A stretch of 63,360 bases of DNA, filler included, from Licmophora abbreviata (Eukaryota): the NCBI GenBank assembly GCA_900291995.1. It is 4 parts of 4 records of this genome, joined end to end, with 100 filler letters (N's around TTAATTAATTAA, not from the genome) between each part and the next. Parts side by side here need not be neighbours in the genome. Positions count along the whole stretch, not along the records: positions 15,681 to 35,358 come from OLMU01002429.1; 3 more parts are not named here. One strand, 5' to 3'. A program made the position numbers and the translations under genes. Below the pieces are notes generated by a model. That model did no database searches. It worked only from the letters and a program-made list of their open reading frames with translations, and had not been told where the DNA came from. Position 1 is the first letter of the stretch. Every line of letters begins with the position of its first letter. Positions 21,541 through 33,317 of this stretch are shown in pieces.

Positions 21541-22545
21541 TTAGCTACCACCGGCCATCTTGGCGACTTCCGCAGCAAAGTCGTCCTCCTTCTTCTCGAT
21601 TCCTTCTCCGACGGCAACACGTGTGAACCCCTTCATGGTTGCTCCTGCATCCTTCAGAAGCTGTCCGACGGTCTTATCGTTAGTCTTGACGAAAGTTTGA
21701 CTGACGAGGACGATTTCCTCCAAGTACTTGCGGATACGACCGTCCACCATTTTCTGAATAATCTCAGCGGGCTTTCCCGAGTCCTCAACTTGGGCCGTGA
21801 GGATGGCACGCTCCTTCTCGACGTCTTCCGCGGGCACATCGTCTTGTGTGGCATACGCGGGGTTCATGGCGGCGACGTGCATGGCTACGTCGGTCGCGAG
21901 TTCCGAGGTTCCTCCCTCGAGTTCGACCATAACACCAATCTTTCCCATGTGAACGTAGCTTCCGACCGTGGATCCTTCGCCTCCTCGTGCGGCCATGCGA
22001 CGAACCTGAATGTTCTCCCCAATCTTAGCCACCAGAGCCTGGCGGCCTTCTTCGAGAGTAGATCCGTCGACCTCCGTGGCCATGAGGCTTTCCATGTCCT
22101 CACCGTCAACAGCAAGAGCTGCATCGGCCACCTTGCCGGCATAAGAGAGGAATGATGCGTCCTTGGCGACGAAATCCGTCTCGCAGTTGCACTCTACCAA
22201 GACTGCCTTGTCACCCTTGGAGGCCGAGACAATCTTGCCCTCGGCAGCAACACGTCCAGCCTTCTTGTCGGCCTTGATAAGTCCGCTCTTTCGCAATTCA
22301 TCCATGGCAGCGTCCACGTCCCCATCCGTCTGGATCAACATCTTCTTGCAGTCCATCATGCCGGCTCCAGTCGCCTCGCGCAGTTCCTTGATGAGCCCGA
22401 CCGTCACTTCAGCCATGTTGAGCTGCGTTCCGATGATGGCTCTGCCGTTCTGCTTGTTATTCGCTCGCGCAAACGCCACCGACTGGGGTGTGAAAGCACA
22501 AGCCGATGAGGCGGCGAGGAGGGCAACTAGGCAAGCAAAGTTCAT
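21541..22545 (-). CDS. tsf: Translation elongation factor Ts, nucleus-encoded, plastid-targeted
   Basis: Bipartite presequence with ASAFAP-type cleavage site (ACA-FTP); IKELREATGAGMMDCKK, ECNCETDFVAK, AMHVAAM and GEGIEKKEDDFAAEV. Confidence 0.95.
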   Translation of the reverse strand: MNFACLVALLAASSACAFTPQSVAFARANNKQNGRAIIGTQLNMAEVTVGLIKELREATGAGMMDCKKMLIQTDGDVDAAMDELRKSGLIKADKKAGRVAAEGKIVSASKGDKAVLVECNCETDFVAKDASFLSYAGKVADAALAVDGEDMESLMATEVDGSTLEEGRQALVAKIGENIQVRRMAARGGEGSTVGSYVHMGKIGVMVELEGGTSELATDVAMHVAAMNPAYATQDDVPAEDVEKERAILTAQVEDSGKPAEIIQKMVDGRIRKYLEEIVLVSQTFVKTNDKTVGQLLKDAGATMKGFTRVAVGEGIEKKEDDFAAEVAKMAGGS

Positions 22546-22917
22546 GGTTGGATGGTACAGTACGTTGCGGTTTGACTAGTGAAATCGATTCTGATCCATC
22601 AGTGTTCATCCACTGATGTGTGTTGAGTGGTTGGCGCCAAGTGGCGCGCCCACATCAGCGGAGTGCGTCGTGCGTCAGTATTTTTCTCTGCTCGCGGCGG
22701 TTGGTGCTCGATCAGCTCGACTCCAGGTCAGTCGGAGCAGTCGAATGGATACTGTGCATTGAGTTCTGTTCAGATTGTACTGATTTATGTGTATGTACAA
22801 TCAGTACTGACGCATCGTACCTCGCCACCACAAAACTCAAAAATCGCGATTTCGATTGACGCGCATGTCTCACTTTTTGTTACATACTTTTTCCTTCTTT
22901 GAGAGAGAAGATTGACC

Positions 22918-25900
22918 ATGAGCGATAGGTAAGGAGACGACAACGGCAAGCTTGCCTTGTGCGGAGAAGGAGGCAACTCACAGACTAGTTTGAACTCTCA
23001 TCATTGAACTTCTAGCTACTACGATCGTGGCGGAGATGCGACAATCAAGCCAGCTGCTACCTCATCCCGCGAAATACCGAACCACGACAATTCACAGTTT
23101 ACCACTTCTGCCATATCATCACGCAACAATAAGCCAAGAAGTCAGAGGCCTGATTTCGGTTCGCACTTTGTGCCGGGAGCTGTGGGGGCTCCCTCCCATG
23201 TCGCGCCCGAATCACACGATCATTACAAGCGAGGTTACAATGAACGAGCTTCTCTGCGAGACCGAGATGTTGCTCAAATAGACAAGTTTTCGGGAGGACG
23301 ACCAACTAGAGACATGTGGATTCAAGGCCTGAATGTCAACTCGCTTGTGATTGAGCTATGCAAGCCTGACTGTAACATTCGCCATGAGCTGGACAAAGCC
23401 AGAGATAGCTACACGGCAAGTTTCGACAGTGGTAGAGCAAGTTCCTCCTTGATTTCGTTGCTCGGTCGTCGACGAAACATGGACGTGGCAATGGTGGTTT
23501 GGAAGTGGAGCGATGCAGTGGGGATTTCACCGACAGTCTACATGTACAACAGCATCATATCTGCTTGTGAAAAGACCAAAAATACGGGGCTAGCTTTGCG
23601 CCTCTTGGGTGAAATGGAAGCCAAGAACGTTACCAAGAACGAAGTCACGTACTCGTCTGCCATAGCAGCCTGCGAGAAGCAAGGCAAGTTTCACGAAGCA
23701 CTTCATTTGCTCAACGAGATGCGAAGTTTAAGGCTTCAAACCAGCTGTATTCCCTACAACTGCTGCATTAGTGCATGTGAAAAGGGTATGGCTGCAAGTC
23801 GTGCTATGGACATCTTCGAGACAATGAAGAACGACGGGATACAACCAAATGTTGTTACGTACTCGGCACTCATCTCTGCGGCGGAAAAGAGTCAACAGTG
23901 GAAGCTGGCACTCAAAATACTGCACGATATGAGATCATCCGGTCTTGGTACCAATGTGGTGGCCTACAGCGCTGCTATTTCGGCCCTTGCGAAAGGAGGA
24001 TTGTGGGAAGAAGCGTTATCGCTTTTTCGAGAACTCCAAGAGTCTTCAACCCCGCCGAATGTCGTCACGTACAATGCCACTATTACAGCCCTAGAAAAGG
24101 GGCTGCAGTGGGAGCGCTCTCTTGATTTGTTTGAAGAGATGAAAGCGAAAGGCATGGCCGTGACGCACGTGAGCTATGGTGCAGCGTTGGCGGCGTGCGA
24201 GAAAGGTCAACAATATCGTCAGTGCCTCGCCTATCTTGACGAGATGACTCAAGTTGGACTCAAGAAGAATGTCATCATCTTTGGTGTGGCCATGTCGTGT
24301 ATGGAAAAGTGCCGCCGAGCTGACATTGCGTTTCAACTATTGGAACGTATGAAAATGGAAGGGATTCAGCCAAATGTCCATGTGTTCAACTCGGCGATTA
24401 CGGCTTGCGCAAGGTCGGGTCTCTGGTCGAAGGGATACGAACTATTTTTAAGCATGGACGACCAGTGTGTGAAACGCGATATTGTTACATACAATGCGGT
24501 CCTCGATGCGACGTGCTCCCAGATACAGTTGGCTCGAAAGTTGTTCCACGATGGTACGAATGTAGACCACACGGGTATTTGGGAGAGTTTGAGATATGCG
24601 ATGTGTCTTATCCTCTCCACGGTGCTCAATCTTCTTCATCATAGGCGTTCAACGTGGTTTCTACGCAAAAGTATCGCGACTCGGGTCCAAGTGGTTGGAG
24701 CTCGATCTTCACTTCCTTTCGCTCGGCGGTGGCGAGATCGCCCTGGTTTGGTGGTTCGAGGAATGCCTTGTGCCTTACCTCTCTCACAATTCTTCCAAAC
24801 TGAGAGATGTGGAGTCTATCAACATTGTCACGGGATATGGGAGGACTCGGATCCGTGGCACTCGTGTAGGTCTGGATGGCATGCGAAAGCGTGTACAGGC
24901 GATGCTCCGCTGTATGAACATGCGCGAAATCGAGCAGCCCAACAAGGGACGAATCCAGATCGACAAGGCGTCGTTGGAAGCAGAGGCACTCAGGCATGGC
25001 GGCAGGATTATCTTTGACCGGGCAGCGTATCTGAAGTTTAAGGAAGAAGAGACAACCGAGAACGAGGTACCAGACGCTGAGCAGATCGTTCGACCGAAGA
25101 ACCCCCCGAAGAATTCAAATGATCAGACGTTCAGTCGTCGTTCTGACGCAACCAGAAATCCTTCTTACCGCCCCAAAAGCAATTACGACACTGATAGTGG
25201 CTCCTCTCGAAGGGTTGCAGAAAGAGCACCCCACGAGAGAGTTATGAATCCTGCATATGGTGGCACTCCGGGGCGAGGTAGTAGAGGCAGAGGTGAGCGG
25301 CCCCCATGTAACAATCGCGACCACCCATACGAACGTCGTCCGCGGAGTGACGGCCCACCATCCGATTTCCGTGGCATCGACTCGCCAGCGTCTGATCGAG
25401 CAGGTCTGCCAGCTTCCGATCGGTCATACGAGAGGGGGCAGCCGATGAGTGGCTATGAGCAGACGAGTCGTCCCTCTCGATTTGAACGTGGACACGAGCG
25501 ACGGCCGCCGCCCCGCGCAGTTCAGCACGAGACTGCAATTGAAAGATCGGAAAGGGGGTACCAATATGGAGGCAGACTGCCGGCTGGCTTTGACGACTCG
25601 CGCAGCGACCATCGTAGCCATTATGATTCCTCTTCTGGAGGAGCTCAGGACAGTACTTTTTATCAGCGTGGGGGCTATCGTCACGCTCAACGGGAGCCTT
25701 CGCACCACGGCAGGAATGATCCGCCTGCGGACGTCTATCAATCCGACATGCCACCGCGGGGGGGCTACCGTGGCCCTCGAGAAGACTGGAACGGCGGGCA
25801 AGCCGACAATGGCTGGTCGGCCGCTTACGGCCGTTCTGACGGCCAACTCAGGGAGCAACCACTCTCCGGGAAAAGGGGATATGAAATTGAGCCCGAACAA

Positions 25901-25927
25901 GGCCGACAACGAACGCGGCACTTCTAG
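22918..25927 (+). CDS. PPR-Smr protein (about 11 PPR motifs, Smr domain, RG/Y-rich disordered tail); introns 22929-23015 and 24554-24644
   Basis: Tandem 35-aa repeats (e.g. VVTYSALISAAEK...GTN). Smr motifs ELDLHFLS and INIVTGYG. Both introns restore frame. Confidence 0.9.
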
Positions 25928-26851
25928 TCTAACTATTTATGATTTCGCAGTATTATGACACTTTCCAGTTTCACCGGTACCAGATAGTGGTGATGGCGGA
26001 GGAGAATAGGGCGGAGCAGAGTGTACTGAGGAAAAGCTCAACACTTTCGAATGAAGGAATCGCGAGAAGAAATGTCGGTGGCTTACAAGACTGCTCAAGA
26101 AGGGCAAGGACATCAGAGTGACCCGAGTCTGCGACCGTTCGATGGCTTCTGAGGAGTGTCCCGTTTCTTGCGGAGGCTGCGAGGAGAGTGGTTACTTGTT
26201 GCATATATGCACATATATCATACTCTATGTGGATCGAAGTTTCAACAGTGCTATCCTGATGGCGGGTGGTAACCAAGTAGCGCGCGGCAAGACAAGTAAT
26301 ATTTCGTCGTAAAGAAGAATATAGCACTGCTTGTTCACGACGCAACCAAATGGTTTCCCGGGCGTCGTGCATATTCATGTCTCTAGCGCAGAATTTTCTG
26401 CCTCATGTGGACATGCATTGTGTGAGGTCGTTGTCGTTGGTTCGTCTCATCAGATCACAGCTCAGCATTCTCGCGGTATTGACAACATGATGTTGAATGT
26501 GTTGTGTGTTGTGTCGAATGGGCCATCTTGACATTTCACATTTCAAATGAATTATGAGCGTGGTCCGAGACGTTGGACTGGAATTTATGTATTCATGCCT
26601 ATATATATTTAAGTACTCAGTCCCACTCCGACTGACCTGGCGCCATAAATGCGAGAAGTCATGCACATGGAGAGAGTGGCCACGAGCTGGCCGCTTTTGC
26701 CACGATACCTTTTTTGTTCAAGTTTGCTGCTACAATCGAATAGGAGTGGACTAACTGGAGAGCGGAGTGTTGCGGAGTAGACCGACGTTGTTTTGGTGGC
26801 ACTAGTTCCTGCATCGAGACCGCTGTTGCCCTGCCACAGCTACTGCTCATC

Positions 26852-28207
26852 ATGGCTCCCATCTCACCGGAAAGACATCTTCGCTTCGCGGAGGACACGT
26901 TTGGAGCAGAAGCTCTGGAGCATCCGACTCGCCAACAGCACAGCACCGACTCGAGTCCTTTCCGAGCGCCCAGCAGCATCGAAGCCGAGTCGATTTCTTC
27001 CCGAACCTTTTCTGATCTCAGTGAATCCTGTGGCTCCCGACCTCGACGAGAGCCGAGTGTGCCTCTGAACATCTATCCTTCCTCACCTCAGACTGCGGCC
27101 TCGTCCTTGGAGAGTCAATGGCGCCAAGCCTATGTCCTCTCCTCGGCGCCGCCTGAAATTGACTGCTTGTTGGCAAAACTACCCAAGTCTCGTTGGTCCA
27201 AGCACCGCGAAAAGAGAATACAACCCAAAGAGAACTCTCGATGTCCCCTGATCGTCCTGCTAATGGACCCACCGCGCAAGCAGTACGAACTCATGCAGCT
27301 TTGGATCGACGTCTCTGCCGACACGGTTCGGGACGTCCTTCAGTCGGTTCGGCAGCAGCTCCCGGACGCTTGGAATACGGATTACGATGGACTCATTGAG
27401 CAACGCGGTGGGCAATCTACGTTGCTCATCAACTGTGTCGGAATTCGACAGTTCGATGTCGTTCCACACGAAGTCTGGATTGCCAAACCATGCAAAATGT
27501 CCAAGGATCGTACGGTCCAGGATGCCGACGACGTACTGGATCATTTGAAGGACATTCGAATGATGCAGATGAACTCACACGGTCCGGCCACACTCTCGCG
27601 TACAGCGCAAGCAAGAATACATGCTCCGGAAGGCATCCTGACTCATCATCATGCCCGGCAATATCTCACGTTCGTACCTCCCTTTGAGTCTTTGCCGACT
27701 CCGACTTGTGCTGTTGCATCCACCAAAGGCGACACAACCGATTCTGATTCCGCAGTCAGTGCTTTGGCTCTCTCGTATACGTCGCTTGGGCTCGTCAAGA
27801 GCTATGACAATAGCGCCTCGACGGAACAGTCTCAAGAGGTCGTCGTCTTGGCGAAGAAAACTCCGACGCAGCCCAAGGCGGATGTCGATTGCGGCGAGAC
27901 GGCCAGTACTACTACGACGGCACAGAACTCGGTGTCTCCGTTATTATTGCGTCAGAGTACTAGTGAACGTAGCGACAGTGTAAAGATTCCTCCAAGTGCT
28001 CCGATGTTGGATACCGGAAATCGTCGACGTTCTGCGGGTCAGAGCGGTGTGGGAAAGCTGCGATCTGTCTTTAGTTTCCGAAAGACACGAAAGAATGGAT
28101 TTTTGAACCTCGATTGGGATGACTCGGGTGAAACGATGAATCTCACTGACGACGATGCGGTGACGTCGAGACCTTTCCCGATCGAAGTGGACAAGGACGA
28201 AAGATAG
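26852..28207 (+). CDS. Hypothetical protein with a central globular domain and S/T-rich flanks
   Basis: 451-aa ORF with structured-looking core PLIVLLMDPPRKQYELMQLWID...VWIAKP; family not recognised. Confidence 0.65.
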   Translation: MAPISPERHLRFAEDTFGAEALEHPTRQQHSTDSSPFRAPSSIEAESISSRTFSDLSESCGSRPRREPSVPLNIYPSSPQTAASSLESQWRQAYVLSSAPPEIDCLLAKLPKSRWSKHREKRIQPKENSRCPLIVLLMDPPRKQYELMQLWIDVSADTVRDVLQSVRQQLPDAWNTDYDGLIEQRGGQSTLLINCVGIRQFDVVPHEVWIAKPCKMSKDRTVQDADDVLDHLKDIRMMQMNSHGPATLSRTAQARIHAPEGILTHHHARQYLTFVPPFESLPTPTCAVASTKGDTTDSDSAVSALALSYTSLGLVKSYDNSASTEQSQEVVVLAKKTPTQPKADVDCGETASTTTTAQNSVSPLLLRQSTSERSDSVKIPPSAPMLDTGNRRRSAGQSGVGKLRSVFSFRKTRKNGFLNLDWDDSGETMNLTDDDAVTSRPFPIEVDKDER

Positions 28208-28614
28208 TCTGTCTTTTTCTTCGTCGGCTCCCTTTGTCAGGTATGGCCTTTGTCGGGCTAAAGGTTATCTGCGATTCCTGCCAGTGATTCGAGAAGGTGG
28301 GGCACTACTACGTTCTCTTGTTCCATCGCTTGAAAGCCATTGACGAGTATGAGGGGGGTAGTGATCGGGACACGTGGGACGAACCTGGGTTTAAAATGCC
28401 GTGGGCTCAACGCGTACTTTTAAACTACGTAGGATCCTGCCCGTTTTCAGTCGGAGTCATGAGTCGAGTCGTGGAGGTGGCGTCATTGTGTTTGCGCGCG
28501 CCACTTTTATCACACCAACAGAAGCATCACATTTTGAACATCGCGGTGACGAACACGACATCGCATCGCATTTCCGATTCTCCTTCGCATCCGAGCACCT
28601 CCTCTACCTTCAGC

Positions 28615-30309
28615 ATGATGCCATCGACTTCTGACGACGCGGTGACGGATCCGTTCCTTCTGTCCTGGGGATCTTCCGTCAATGTGAACGAAGATCTTCG
28701 AAACTCCATTCGCACCGAGATCCAAGAGATCGATGCCTCCCTCTCGAACCTCGAAGGCAGCATCCAAAGCGAACAGCGCCTCGCCACCCAGCTCGCCAAG
28801 GATCTGCTGCATGCCTACAACGAGATGTCCTCGCTCCGTCGCAGTGCCTCTGGCGAGCGCGACAGCGCCGCCATGAACGAGCAGGTTCGCAATCGTCTCG
28901 TGGATGCCCTTCGCGAGCTCATGAAGAACGACGATGTCCTCTTGTCCTCCGCAACGACGACGGAGGTGGACAGTGCTGACCAGAGCAATCCTTCTCCCCC
29001 TCTTACCGTCAGTGCGTATCTTGCTCGCGCGCGCGCGGAATACGACGAAACCAAGGCGGTGCTGCTTGCGTTCCAAGAGTCTTGTGCGTCTCTCAAGGAA
29101 GAGTTGCATGAGTTGCGATCTGAGAAAGAGTCCATCGTGGAACGTATTCAGATTGACAAGCTTGTGGAGGAACTGGAGTCGACCGGGCAGGAAGTGGGAT
29201 CTCGGCTGAAGGAACAGTCCGCTGAAGCGCAGCGAAAGAAGAACACCGCCGATGCTACGGAGAAGGCTCTGGCGGCCGTTGCGCGAGACACGAAGAGCTA
29301 CGATAAGCTTGTACGTTCGATTCCAATGCTGTGTAGAGTCTGTCTTGTTATGTTGTTTTCCGTTTTGTTGTGCTAACACTATGGGCTTTGTTGTCGAACA
29401 CGCTTGCAGACTAATACACTCGGAGCTACTAAGGAGAAGCACGCTTCAGAAGAGCTGGAGCTCTCCAAGAAGGTTCAAGCGGAACAAGCCGATCTCAAGA
29501 GCAATGAGGATAAAAGTTCCAACTTTGATTCGCACGTTCACTCTTTTTCAAAGGAGCTAAACAACTTTGCCACATTGATCGGTGAGTTGGAAGCGTTCCT
29601 CGACTCCGACTCCGCGCAGACGGTCGAGCTCGAGGACCTAACGGAATCGATCAAGATACTCACATCGAGCAAGAAGAAACTTGATGATGCCCTGGCGAAT
29701 GGGGCAAAGGGCCACCTCCAATCTGTCGCAGAACAGCGAGCCGCTGCGGAACTCGAGAAATCCGTGCAGGTTGAACGAGCCACGAACGACAAGATTGAGG
29801 CCGAGACGATGGTGGCTGCCTCTGCTGAAAACTTGGCGATCGTAAAAGAAAAGGCAGAGTTGCTCAAGACGCTGAAGGAACTACAAGACAAGTCCATCGA
29901 CGCCAAGCGCGACGAACGCGCCCAGGTGCTCAACGACCGCTCCAACACGGTCGCAGATCTCAACGAACAACTCGAACAGCTTCAAGTCAAACACGACGAG
30001 GTGTGCGCCAAGCGAGGAGAATTGGAGCACTCCAAGGAGGACCAGGCTCGTGTTTTCAACGTCGAGATCGCTGGGCTCGAAGGGACACTGACCAAACACC
30101 AAGATGCTAAGGAGGCGAACAAGGAACAGATAGAGCAGATCACGCGCGAGATGGAAGCCAAGAAAGAGGAAACGTTTGAAGAACTCAAGACCAAGAAGGA
30201 GCAAGACAGACTGGAGATGGAACGGAAGTACGAGATCGTGCACATCGGGGCGAAGATGCTCAAGAAGACCGACAAGAAAGTGAAGCAGCTCCTCTTGTCA
30301 ACTGAGTGA
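28615..30309 (+). CDS. Long coiled-coil protein; intron 29311-29409
   Basis: Two in-frame E/K/L-rich heptad ORFs joined by a GTACGT...TGCAG intron of 99 nt. Confidence 0.8.
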
Positions 30310-30687
30310 ACGGGTCGCTCGCCTCGATGCTGGAGAAACATCAAATAGTGTCAAACGTGCATGCGTATTGAACTCTTTCTGAAAGGGTAGCGCGAGTGTG
30401 ATTGTGAACAAGGCCAGAGAATGGTTCATCGAGATATGTATGGTCTTGATGGAACCACAAGCGCTATCGCGGTCGCTTATAATCTCGTTCTGTACAAGTC
30501 TGTAGAGTTGCTTAGTCCCGTATCCACTCCACTTCTCTTTACGTACGCAAGATTGCTCGTAGGCCCCGAGACGTCTGGCCTGTCAGTATGAATGTTCGTC
30601 AACGTCGTGACTTCATTCACGTCGCGTTCCACGTTGGTTCGACCTCAGTGTGTGCACAGAAACACCATGAAGTCTCCGCCTGAATCT

Positions 30688-31836
30688 CTAGTAGTAAACG
30701 CTCTCCTTCGCATACAAGTCGTTCAAGTAAATCTTGCTCAGTTCCTCTTTCTGCGCAACGAGCCTATCGAGATACGTGCGGTAGTTGTGATGATACGCCA
30801 TACTCGCCCAACAACATATTGTAATAATGAAACGCCGAGACTCGCCCTTCAATTTGGCCCATCGAGTGCTTCTTTGTTCTCTATGGTAGCTAGTGCTAAA
30901 CCTGTGTTCTCTGAGAGTCAACTTTATGCCTGGTTGGCAAAACATATTGGGTCGACAAAAGTCACAACGGCAGATGCGATTGGGCAAAGAGGGAACCAGA
31001 TCCAAGAAGTTGTGCACCGTCAGGCATCGAAGTCTCTTTTGACGTTCCAGGGACTGAATCGCTCCGCGAAAGTAATTGTCACCGACGCGTGGACTGCCAA
31101 TCGTAACGCAGGTTACTGGAGTAATGTCCGTGGCAAAGCGGACTGCTGCTTGAAGGGAAAAGAGCAGGGCGAGCGAGCCCCCAAGCGAGTGGCCCGTAAT
31201 TTGAAGCCTGTAGCCTGGGTGTTCATTCAACAATGCCTGAATCTGGTCAAGGATCAATTCAATCTTGCTCTTGGGCTGTGCTCCGTCATAGAGATAGTCT
31301 CGAAATCCCAAGTGAACTCCGACATACTCCGACTGCTCGTCCGTGTCGTCATCTGCGCGGTACAACGGGTTCTCCAAGTCCCCGCTGACTAGCGTGGCAT
31401 CGGTTATCCAATCCTGCATAGTGATCGACCCCCGAAAGGCTAATATTACTTGCTTCTTCTTGCGATTGGTCACGATGGTGTGCACACATTCGTTCTGGGC
31501 ATTCCCGTCTCCAACGTGATGGACGGTGATGTCATCCATATTGAGTAAATCGGGGTGTTCTTCTCGAAACTTCCTGCTCGTCATGTAGCTCACTGTGTTG
31601 TATTCGTTGCTTCGAATTCGGGCCCGCGTTGCGTCGTCAATCCCCTCCGCGATGGCCATGAGATCAGAGCCCGGGCAGGGCAAACCGAGTACCTTACGCG
31701 TGACAGACTCGCTATAGTCACCATCATTCGACTCTCTCACAAGTCTACGCAGATCAGCTATGGCAAAGACTAAAATGGAAGAAAACGTCGGTTCTAGGGT
31801 CTCCACAAACAGATTGGGGAACGGAGGAGTCTCCAT
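30688..31836 (-). CDS. Class 3 lipase (Lipase_3)
   Basis: LAFRGS, DWITD, VHLGF, nucleophile elbow TGHSLGG, GSPRVG and DLVPSLP. Confidence 0.92.
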   Translation of the reverse strand: METPPFPNLFVETLEPTFSSILVFAIADLRRLVRESNDGDYSESVTRKVLGLPCPGSDLMAIAEGIDDATRARIRSNEYNTVSYMTSRKFREEHPDLLNMDDITVHHVGDGNAQNECVHTIVTNRKKKQVILAFRGSITMQDWITDATLVSGDLENPLYRADDDTDEQSEYVGVHLGFRDYLYDGAQPKSKIELILDQIQALLNEHPGYRLQITGHSLGGSLALLFSLQAAVRFATDITPVTCVTIGSPRVGDNYFRGAIQSLERQKRLRCLTVHNFLDLVPSLPNRICRCDFCRPNMFCQPGIKLTLREHRFSTSYHREQRSTRWAKLKGESRRFIITICCWASMAYHHNYRTYLDRLVAQKEELSKIYLNDLYAKESVYY

Positions 31837-32153
31837 TATGCGAATTGGACGTGGTATGCATCACGGTGCGGCATCAAGTTCATCATCTCGCCATATCATC
31901 ACCTCAATCGCGATCATTACAGCAACAGCATTACTCGATCGCGTCTCGCGGAGTCAAACCGGGAGCCGGACGGACGCGTTTTCGGATTGTCATCAACCGA
32001 AGCAAGGAACTAGGAGCCGAAAGGCATCCCTACCGCTAGTTTAGATCGACTCAAGAAGGCTTCTCTACTCTTATTATCGATCGCTGCATTATCGTGGGTT
32101 AGTTTGACACTGACAAAATCATCATCGTCATCCCGGAAAAAAAACTCTCCGCT

Positions 32154-33317
32154 TTACATTCCTTGCGCCTGCGCCAATGCTGCTTGCATCATGGCAGGAT
32201 CGATTCCCGGTCCTCCTCCTCCTCCTCCACCCATCATGCCCATCATATTTTCCATCATGCTCATCATACTGGGAGGCGGTTGAATGTTGAAGTATACCTT
32301 GCCAATCTTGGTCGTGTAGGACTGAACGACTTGCGGCTTGTACAGCAAATCGAGCTCCTTCTTGAAGGATCGGAGCAACCACGAGAACAGGGGACCCGTG
32401 CGAGCATCCTTTTCGCAGACACGCAGCAGCATGCTTCCAAAGACGACATGAGGAGGAGACTTTCCATCGTCCTTCTTCATGTACGACGCGGTGAGTTCTT
32501 CAGTGGGACGGCTTTCCACTTGTTCGATAAATGCGCTCAACAGGGTATTGGCATCCCGCAGGTTTTCGACAGCGCAAAAGACCAGCAGCGAGCGAGTCAA
32601 GAGTGCATCACGATCGGCAGGGGGGCATGTGTGTCCCATGGTCGTTTCCTCGTCGGTGGGCGCCGGGAGGGACTTGAGCCATGCCAAGATGGCCAGTGGT
32701 TTTTCCGCCAGAGCCATGTGGATGACCGCATCGCACTGCAAACTAACGACATCTTCTTCACCCTCTTCATCAATGTGTTCTTCCAAGAGAGACAATTTCC
32801 AGGACTGCGCCCCAAGAAGCTCTTGAAGTTCAAATTGTCCAAAGCGGATGGGTCCCAGATCACTGCTCCAATGAATGGTCTTGCGAAGAAAATCACGCTG
32901 CAGTCGCTGCAGACGGGTGACTTCGGTGATGCTGACATCCTTACTCACTACCTCCATGGATTTCTCGTGTGCTGCATGCAGCTCCAAGATGCGCTGAATC
33001 CAAGCGTCGGTCGGATCTGTCTGCGTCTCGCGGAGTGTCTCGACCAGTACCGTCAAGAGCTGGGACGCCACCGACACGCGGTTGTGTTGGAGAAGGGTGT
33101 TCGTGCTCGTGTAGGCCAGTTCAGCTGCATTCGTAAAATCGCCGGCATGCACCTTTTTCTTGACGAGACTCTGGGCCAGCTGCAGGGCTTCGTACGCGGT
33201 CGCCTCGTCCAGCGTTTCCTCCTTCAGCAGTGCGTCGAGCTTGGCCGTGACGGCGTCGCCCTTTTCTTTTTGACGAGCCGCCAGTTGCTTCTTACGACGA
33301 GCGGCAGCAGCAGACAT
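32154..33317 (-). CDS. GET4: Golgi-to-ER traffic protein 4 (GET4/TRC35) homologue
   Basis: YEALQLAQSL, DALLTRSLL...ENLRDAN, IGKVYFNI and C-terminal MMSMM.MM tail typical of GET4. Confidence 0.8.
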   Translation of the reverse strand: MSAAAARRKKQLAARQKEKGDAVTAKLDALLKEETLDEATAYEALQLAQSLVKKKVHAGDFTNAAELAYTSTNTLLQHNRVSVASQLLTVLVETLRETQTDPTDAWIQRILELHAAHEKSMEVVSKDVSITEVTRLQRLQRDFLRKTIHWSSDLGPIRFGQFELQELLGAQSWKLSLLEEHIDEEGEEDVVSLQCDAVIHMALAEKPLAILAWLKSLPAPTDEETTMGHTCPPADRDALLTRSLLVFCAVENLRDANTLLSAFIEQVESRPTEELTASYMKKDDGKSPPHVVFGSMLLRVCEKDARTGPLFSWLLRSFKKELDLLYKPQVVQSYTTKIGKVYFNIQPPPSMMSMMENMMGMMGGGGGGGPGIDPAMMQAALAQAQGM

